Source: Spartobacteria bacterium
Lineage (GTDB): Bacteria; Verrucomicrobiota; Verrucomicrobiia; Chthoniobacterales; UBA6821
Length of the DNA: 64,000 nucleotides
Assembly: GCA_947482345.1 (NCBI GenBank)
Contig: CANKJN010000002.1
Span: 2,122-66,121 of the forward strand
Direction: 5' to 3'
A program made the translations under genes and the position numbers. Shown here piece after piece: positions 9,009 through 14,550 of the stretch (position 1 is its first letter; each line of letters begins with the position of its first letter). The notes below the pieces were generated by a model. That model was not told the origin of the DNA and searched no databases. It worked only from the letters and a program-made list of their open reading frames with translations.

Positions 9009-9057
9009 CATGATACCAGTTGCTCAGTCCTTAAAGGACTGAGCAACTGGTATCATG
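9009..9057. repeat. 49-nt near-perfect palindrome P2 overlapping the start codon of the abiEi-like ORF
   Basis: CATGATACCAGTTGCTCAGTCCTT-a-AAGGACTGAGCAACTGGTATCATG has 24-nt arms with no mismatch. The ATG at 9055 lies in the right arm. Confidence 0.9.
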
Positions 9058-10032
9058 ACATTAAAGTCTCAAAAACGTCTCAAAAACGTATTCTCCGAGC
9101 GCTGGGAGAATTTTCTTCGTTTGCTGCGAGATCATGTGCTGGAGCCAACGGATGCGTTTCCTACGGTACGGTGTTGGACGCATTCCAATTTGGGACACCT
9201 GATCATGGAGGTGGTCAAGAGTCATCCTGAGCAACTGGTTCCCAGCACATTCTGTACTGCAGGTAAGGCGATCCATCGTTTAATGGAGATGGGATGGCTT
9301 AAGCCAATCTCTCTCGGGTCGGTAAAGGATGTCAGCACGAAGATGTATTTTTTGGAAATGGAGGCAAGAGAGGAGGAGATGATCCTCGACCCGTTGGAAC
9401 TTCTTCAGGGTTTTATGCCGCAAGGCGTTCTTTGCTACTTCGGGGTCTTGAGCTACTTGGAGCTAACCACTCAGGTGCCGCCTTTTTTTCACATCGCTAA
9501 AATGGATAAAGCTCCATTACCACCCGAGTGGAGTGAGCCTTCATCCAGTCAAGCTGGGGAGAGAAAACCTTTGAGAAACCCCATGGGGACGGAGCTCTTT
9601 CGATTTGAGGGGGCTATGTGCTACCAGACTCGGCGAAACACGATGATGGTGCCGGGAGTCCAGGAGAGGGTTTTTGGGAAGAGGGCCAAAGTGAGAATAA
9701 CAACACTAGAGCAAACCTTGCTTGATACACTGATCTACCCGAACCAATGCGGAGGTCAGGGCGTCGTTTTCGAAGCCTGGGAGAGAGGTGTTGAGCTTTG
9801 GAATCCCGACCGTATGGCTGGTTACTTAGAGCAAATTGGAAGACCGACATTTGATCGTCGTGTTGGGGCCATGCTGGATTTGCTTGGTGTGAAATCGGGC
9901 ATATCGACAAAAATGGAGAAACGATTGGAGATTGTGCGGCATGTTTCGAAGGACTCATCGGAGCCCATATCCCTGATTAACGGCGTCGACTATCCTCAGA
10001 TCAACGAAACCTGGAACGTGAGGATTCCTTAG
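9055..10032 (+). CDS. AbiEi-like antitoxin / transcriptional regulator (divergent, 325 aa; start uncertain)
   Basis: It sits immediately upstream of the AbiEii-family gene with a 2-nt gap. A winged-HTH-like segment (KAIHRLMEMGWLKP) and the motif VLSYLELTTQVPPFFHI parallel LSALRFHDLTTQAPHQVWV in the clear AbiEi at 10913..11530. Confidence 0.5.
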   Translation: MTLKSQKRLKNVFSERWENFLRLLRDHVLEPTDAFPTVRCWTHSNLGHLIMEVVKSHPEQLVPSTFCTAGKAIHRLMEMGWLKPISLGSVKDVSTKMYFLEMEAREEEMILDPLELLQGFMPQGVLCYFGVLSYLELTTQVPPFFHIAKMDKAPLPPEWSEPSSSQAGERKPLRNPMGTELFRFEGAMCYQTRRNTMMVPGVQERVFGKRAKVRITTLEQTLLDTLIYPNQCGGQGVVFEAWERGVELWNPDRMAGYLEQIGRPTFDRRVGAMLDLLGVKSGISTKMEKRLEIVRHVSKDSSEPISLINGVDYPQINETWNVRIP

Positions 10033-10034
10033 CC

Positions 10035-10916
10035 ATGAATGAGATTCAAAGAAATCGATGGGTGAACACGGTCGTCAGCGAGGTTTTGTCCGCAATGGTT
10101 TCAGACGAAGTTCTCAGGGAGGCGCTGATTTTTAAAGGTGCCCGTGTTCTCAACATGCATCTCGGAGATGATCGGCAGTCCCTTGATGTGGATTCTAATT
10201 TCACGGCCGAATTCGCCGAGGGGCATCCTGATTTGGATGCTCGGAGAAGCTGGACCGAAGAGCATCTTGGCAGAGCTGTACGGAACAATTTTGAGAATCA
10301 GAATCCAGTGCGCTTTACCCTGGAAAGCATTAGGGTTCAAAGAGATCCCAGCAGTGACCCTCATCCACTTGGATGGGATGGATTGAAGGCCTCAATCCGA
10401 GTAACCGATGAAAAAAATGGAGGGGTGAGGGGATTGCCAGCAATCGAGATTGATATCGCTTCTCCAGAATTACTCGGAGAAGGGGCAGTAATCCCGCTTT
10501 CAATCGATGGGCATACGATGAGGGGATACACCTTGCAGCGAATTGCAGGCGAAAAACTCCGTGCTTTTTTGACGTCGCTTCCTGCTTATCGAACAAAGAT
10601 CAATAGCCCAGTCCGAGCTCCGAGGGTCAAGGATCTCCATGATGAGGCGCGAATTCTCAGGAGATTACCGATAGATGATGAGGCCTTTTGGAAAAAAGCG
10701 TCGGAGGAGTTTATTTTGGCCTGCAAGAGCCGCTATGTGGATTGCAGTGGGCTGGAGACATTTCAAGAATCCTGGAATGTGACAAAGGAAGCATACGAGA
10801 TGGATGCCACGCTGGCGGGGATTCCCTTCGAGGAAGTGGAAGACGCCCTCATAAAAATCGTGAGGCTGTTTGAGCAGTTCGAGGTTTTCCCGTTGAGATT
10901 TCCCCTCCCTGCCTAG
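10035..10916 (+). CDS. abiEii: AbiEii/AbiGii-family nucleotidyltransferase toxin (type IV TA / abortive infection)
   Basis: The N-terminal motif LIFKGARVLNMHLGDDRQSLDVDSNF matches the DUF1814/AbiEii FKGG...R.S.D.D.F nucleotidyltransferase signature. The length is 293 aa. Confidence 0.8.
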   Translation: MNEIQRNRWVNTVVSEVLSAMVSDEVLREALIFKGARVLNMHLGDDRQSLDVDSNFTAEFAEGHPDLDARRSWTEEHLGRAVRNNFENQNPVRFTLESIRVQRDPSSDPHPLGWDGLKASIRVTDEKNGGVRGLPAIEIDIASPELLGEGAVIPLSIDGHTMRGYTLQRIAGEKLRAFLTSLPAYRTKINSPVRAPRVKDLHDEARILRRLPIDDEAFWKKASEEFILACKSRYVDCSGLETFQESWNVTKEAYEMDATLAGIPFEEVEDALIKIVRLFEQFEVFPLRFPLPA

Positions 10917-11530
10917 TCTAGGAACTCCAGATAGGGCTTCATGACATTGGCCACGCGGCAGATGCGGGCGAAGCGCATGATCTCCTCCGCGGTGCAGAGG
11001 CGTTTCCGACGAACTTCGCGCAGGGCTTCCAAGGCGACATCGAGGCCGATCTTGTTCCGATACTTGAAGCAGTCCGCGACGGTCTTGGCAGGAGAGGTGA
11101 TTCGCACGGGAACGCCTTCGATCAGGTGCTCTTGATGACCTTCCTCAAACGCTTTGCCGGAGTATCTCACGATCCTGAGGGAGAGATGCTCAACTTTGGG
11201 GGGCCATGCTGATCTCTCAAGGGCTACCCAGACTTGATGGGGAGCCTGCGTGGTCAGGTCATGGAACCTGAGGGCGGAGAGGAGGCAGATCACCCCATGA
11301 GGAACCTTCTTGCCGACTTCGGCCAGAGTCCTGTTCTCGCTCACGTCCGCGGATCGGAGGACGTAGAGACCGCGCGAGGATTTTTCCAGGATTCCCTGAT
11401 CCACGAGCGAGCGCACTCTGGGACGGGATAGCCCAAGGGATTCCAGATCCCGCATCCGTTGAACGGGGGCTTTCTTGAATGCCTTGGGAAGTGACAGAGT
11501 CATGATTACAAAACCTATGCAGATATTCAT
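10913..11530 (-). CDS. abiEi: AbiEi-family antitoxin (205 aa), convergent with and overlapping the end of abiEii
   Basis: It has an N-terminal wHTH (RMRDLESLGLSRPRVRSLVDQGILEKSSRGLYVL) and a C-terminal AbiEi_4-like region (LSALRFHDLTTQAP...PAKTVADCFKYRNKIGLDVALEAL). Confidence 0.8.
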   Translation of the reverse strand: MNICIGFVIMTLSLPKAFKKAPVQRMRDLESLGLSRPRVRSLVDQGILEKSSRGLYVLRSADVSENRTLAEVGKKVPHGVICLLSALRFHDLTTQAPHQVWVALERSAWPPKVEHLSLRIVRYSGKAFEEGHQEHLIEGVPVRITSPAKTVADCFKYRNKIGLDVALEALREVRRKRLCTAEEIMRFARICRVANVMKPYLEFLD

Positions 11531-11663
11531 AAATATCTAGGATATGTAAATACCATAAGAGATAGGTTTATCATCTTCGCGGATAGATCTTGGGGAAAAT
11601 TCCCTGAAAAGTTGCTCCCAAGCGGGAGCACCAAGAGTGGATTTGGAAGGCAGACTCTCCGGC

Positions 11664-11999
11664 ATGTTCAACGCCAAGAAACCCCTCGCTCTTGAAGATG
11701 CAGGCACTTTGCTCAACACCCGCCGCCTTCCTGCCCGGCTCCATTCCAGTGAGGTGGCCGGAGTGCTGGGATTCCAGGAACACGACATCCCGGTGTTGGT
11801 TATTGCCCGGCTCTTGATACCACTTGGGAAGCCAGCTCCCAATGCCCCAAAGTATTTTGCCTTGGTGGATGTGTTGGCGGCGGGGCAGGACCGGGAGTGG
11901 CTTGCCCAAGCCACCCGGGTCCTGACCAAGTACTGGAGGGACAAGAACTCCCGCAAACGCACTTCAGATGCAGAGGGAGTTGATCCCGGGAAAACCTAA
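11664..11999 (+). CDS. Excisionase/AlpA-like HTH protein (putative Xis or ICE regulator)
   Basis: The segment LHSSEVAGVLGFQEHDIPVLVIARLLIPLGKPAPNAPKYFA is HTH_17-like. The ORF track starts at GTG 11637. ATG 11664 is preferred because the conserved upstream motif has the same spacing as at 5575. Confidence 0.5.
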   Translation: MFNAKKPLALEDAGTLLNTRRLPARLHSSEVAGVLGFQEHDIPVLVIARLLIPLGKPAPNAPKYFALVDVLAAGQDREWLAQATRVLTKYWRDKNSRKRTSDAEGVDPGKT

Positions 12000-12562
12000 T
12001 TCATCAAGCTATCCAGGCGCATAACCGTCTTGGGAATGCCCTGTTTCTTCAGAGTTTCAAGAAATGAGGGTAGAGAAACTGGGGGATTTTTCAATGATGC
12101 CCTGTGTTCCATTGCTGCTTCACAGACCGCTTGGGCATCGATGTCCAACAGTCGCAGTATAAAATTGTCAGGATGCTGAGCTTTGATCCCCTTCGTTTTG
12201 AGAATTCGATCAGGGAAATCTTCCAGGTTAAAGGTCACGATGGTCGTGGCTCCTGAGTGGATGGCAGCTGCCAAAACATGACAATCGTCCTGATCTGGAA
12301 GATTCAAGGTGGGGATGAGGCGCTCGAAGCCGATAACCAAACTATCCCTCGTGTGCTCGTTCATGAGCTTGCGAGTACGCTCTAGCTGCGATCTTTTGAG
12401 ATCTGGACGATTTGAAAGAACATTCCTGATCCACTCTTCGTGAATCATATCAGTCCACTTCGCTTGAATTAAATCTTTGGTGGCAAGGCGCATGAGGAGA
12501 TCCCGCAAAGGAGCGGGATACAGGACGCAAGCGTCGTAGACTGCAACAATCTTGCTCACCAC
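11996..12562 (-). CDS. PIN-domain ribonuclease toxin (188 aa)
   Basis: N-terminal VYDACVLYPAPLRDLL and an acidic DQDDCHVLAAAI...TFNLEDF are typical of PIN. The GTG start overlaps the upstream antitoxin stop (TAGTG). Confidence 0.8.
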   Translation of the reverse strand: MVSKIVAVYDACVLYPAPLRDLLMRLATKDLIQAKWTDMIHEEWIRNVLSNRPDLKRSQLERTRKLMNEHTRDSLVIGFERLIPTLNLPDQDDCHVLAAAIHSGATTIVTFNLEDFPDRILKTKGIKAQHPDNFILRLLDIDAQAVCEAAMEHRASLKNPPVSLPSFLETLKKQGIPKTVMRLDSLMN

Positions 12563-13029
12563 TAGTACCCCATACCCAGTTCTTGAGCCTGCTTCGTGAG
12601 TTCGTTTAGGGATCGGACTCGTGCGGCTTCAAGTACTTTTTTGTAGCGAAGAACATCCTTGGCATAAACTCGTCTGTGGGAGCCCACCTTCCGATGTGGA
12701 ATCTTCCCGGTATCAAGCAGTTTAACGAAGTATGGACGCGAGACATTGAGAAGATTTGCACCTTGTTGGGAAGAAATCTCACGCTGCTGGGTCGTCACGG
12801 AGACCATTTCTCCTTCAGAAAGATGAACCAGAATCGTGTGAAAAAGGCGGGCGGCTGTTTTGGGGATTACCACTGCTTCGGAGCCTTTCCGTTCTTGGAA
12901 AACAAATTTCATTGTCCCCGAGCGATCAGTATGACGGGAAAAAACGTTTCGGGATTGAGTTGCCAAATCGATGTCCTCTGGAGTCAAGCGGGAGGAAGGC
13001 GCACGGAGGGATTTTGTATTTCTGCTCAT
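12562..13029 (-). CDS. Excisionase-family HTH antitoxin partner of the PIN toxin
   Basis: The C-terminal ISSQQGANLLNVSRPYFVKLLDTGKIPHRKVGSHRRVYAKDVLRY is an HTH_17 (MerR/excisionase-type) domain. Internal ATG 13029 is preferred over the track start at 13182, which would abut the integrase stop. Confidence 0.7.
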   Translation of the reverse strand: MSRNTKSLRAPSSRLTPEDIDLATQSRNVFSRHTDRSGTMKFVFQERKGSEAVVIPKTAARLFHTILVHLSEGEMVSVTTQQREISSQQGANLLNVSRPYFVKLLDTGKIPHRKVGSHRRVYAKDVLRYKKVLEAARVRSLNELTKQAQELGMGY

Positions 13030-13184
13030 AGAAAAAGAGTTTTCACACAAACGAAACAAACGCAATAAACAAAACAGACGAAACGGACGAGTTTTGTATC
13101 GGTCGAACTGTTGATGAAAGGGCGCCAACTCCCGCAAACGCATCGCAGGGGCGGAGGGTGATGAATCGGGGCAATAGCTCATCT

Positions 13185-14237
13185 TTATCCGGCTGCGGAT
13201 TCGTTTTTGGGTGAGCTGAAGGGGATGATCTTCGCCTCGTATTCTTCCAAGGGGGGGAGTGTGACCTGCGCCCTGCGTGCGTAGGCACGATGGACAGCCT
13301 TGCTGTTATGGCCGAGTGCCGTCTGGGCGAAGCGCTCAGGGTATCCGGCAACCTGAGCGCGTTCCGCCCAGCCATAGCGGTAGGAGTGCATTGAGATCCC
13401 TTTGATGCCGAGTCCGTCGCAACGCTGCTTGAACTCGGTGGCCCGGTCTCCGGCCCGTACGGTGGCTAGGTAGGGGAAGAGAAGTCCCACTTTGGGCAGG
13501 TCTTTGAGGATTGCTTCGACCTCTTTGCCGAATCGGATCTGAGTGGGCTGTACGCTCCTCCACTTGGTCTTCATGCGGAAGAAGGTGATGACTTGGTTAT
13601 CCCAGTCGACGTCTTCGGCCTTCAGGCTGGCCAGGTCGGACTGGGAGGCCCCGAGATGCCAGGCCATTTTGTAGAAGGCTTTGCGTTCGGGATTGTGCTC
13701 CCGCTCGACGATGCGTGTGTGTTCCTCAAGGGTGATGCCACGCTTTTCCTTGAAGCGGATCACCGGCCATTGGCGCTTCGGCATGATCGGCCAGGCGATC
13801 CATCCCATATCGAGGCAGAAGTTGTGGAGTCGCCGGAGGAAGATGTTGGTGGAAACCGTTCCGTTTTTAACGCAGTTGAGAAGTTCCTCGGGCTGAGTTT
13901 CGATGAGGATCTTGGGCAGCAGGGGCTTGATGGCCTTGTCCTTGGAAAACGTGGTCCAGCGTTTGAGGTTGGCCCCTGCCTTCATTTCGAGGTGGGACTG
14001 AAGGGCATTACCCCACGTGCGAGTTGTTACACCGGAGTCGCTGCCTGCCAGGTAGGCCCTGGCGATTTGCAGATTGAGCATCGGCTGGCGGATAGCCGTG
14101 TTCTTGTGCTGAACGATCTGCTCGGCTTCGTCGGAGCTGATTTTGCCAAGGCTTGTCCTCGTGCCGTTCTGCGTGTCGACGCAGTAGTAGGTTCCTCCAC
14201 GGGTTCCCCGGCGGATGAGTCGGTAACGTTTTTTCAT
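13185..14237 (-). CDS. int: Tyrosine-type site-specific integrase
   Basis: 350 aa with a C-terminal catalytic region HSYRYGWAER...LGHNSKAVHRAYAR (the H-x-x-R ... Y pattern). It lies next to the tRNA 3' end. Confidence 0.9.
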   Translation of the reverse strand: MKKRYRLIRRGTRGGTYYCVDTQNGTRTSLGKISSDEAEQIVQHKNTAIRQPMLNLQIARAYLAGSDSGVTTRTWGNALQSHLEMKAGANLKRWTTFSKDKAIKPLLPKILIETQPEELLNCVKNGTVSTNIFLRRLHNFCLDMGWIAWPIMPKRQWPVIRFKEKRGITLEEHTRIVEREHNPERKAFYKMAWHLGASQSDLASLKAEDVDWDNQVITFFRMKTKWRSVQPTQIRFGKEVEAILKDLPKVGLLFPYLATVRAGDRATEFKQRCDGLGIKGISMHSYRYGWAERAQVAGYPERFAQTALGHNSKAVHRAYARRAQVTLPPLEEYEAKIIPFSSPKNESAAG

Positions 14238-14338
14238 GCGATTGGGGCAATCGCGATGTTGAACGAGCCGATCCCCGGGTTGTTACCGAGTAGTGGGCGA
14301 GTCACCACCCGCACTCGGTGACTAGCCCCAAAACGGTT

Positions 14339-14374
14339 TTTTTGGTGTCCGTTTTGGTGTCCGTTTTGGTGTCC
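14339..14374 (+). repeat. Three tandem copies of a 12-nt unit (G/T)TTTTGGTGTCC between int and tRNA-Cys
   Basis: tttttggtgtcc gttttggtgtcc gttttggtgtcc. An inverted partial copy CCAAAACGG lies at 14328..14336. Confidence 0.9.
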
Positions 14375-14412
14375 GCTACCTCTAGATCCTGTGTTTATGA
14401 GGCTCTAGAGTA

Positions 14413-14487
14413 TGGAGGCGGGGGACGGAATCGAACCGTCGCATGGGGCTTTTGCAGAGCCCGGCCTTACCACTTGGCTACCCCGCC
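14413..14487 (-). tRNA. tRNA-Cys (anticodon GCA)
   Basis: The reverse complement GGCGGGGTAGCCAAGTGGTAAGGCCGGGCTCTGCAAAAGCCCCATGCGACGGTTCGATTCCGTCCCCCGCCTCCA folds as a cloverleaf: a 7-bp acceptor stem, anticodon loop CT-GCA-AA, T-loop GTTCGATTC, discriminator U and an encoded CCA. Confidence 0.9.
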
Positions 14488-14550
14488 GTTTCCATCACTG
14501 GTGTTGTATCATACGCACAACGGGCCCTGCGGCACAATGGAGAGTTCTCG

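Larger units (their letters stand above)
1..14487. mobile_element. Partial integrative conjugative element / genomic island (T4SS module, TA and abortive-infection cargo, tyrosine integrase) abutting tRNA-Cys. The left end lies outside the window.
   Basis: The integrase is the last gene before the 3' end of tRNA-Cys. Everything to the left is conjugation or TA genes and everything to the right is housekeeping. The cargo segment at about 8.8-13.2 kb is visibly more AT-rich than its neighbours. Confidence 0.7.

Noticed and set aside
13030-13182. N-terminal 51 codons of track ORF 12562..13182
   Set aside because: That start would place the gene 2 nt from the integrase stop, with a Cys/Leu/Arg-rich non-protein-like leader. 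The HTH antitoxin most plausibly starts at ATG 13029 (MSRNTKSL...).
14339-14374. Possible CRISPR-like array (also considered for 32648..32668 and 36342..36365)
   Set aside because: The repeat units are only 7-12 nt, directly abutting with no spacers, and there are three copies at most. No cas genes are present, so these are simple tandem repeats.
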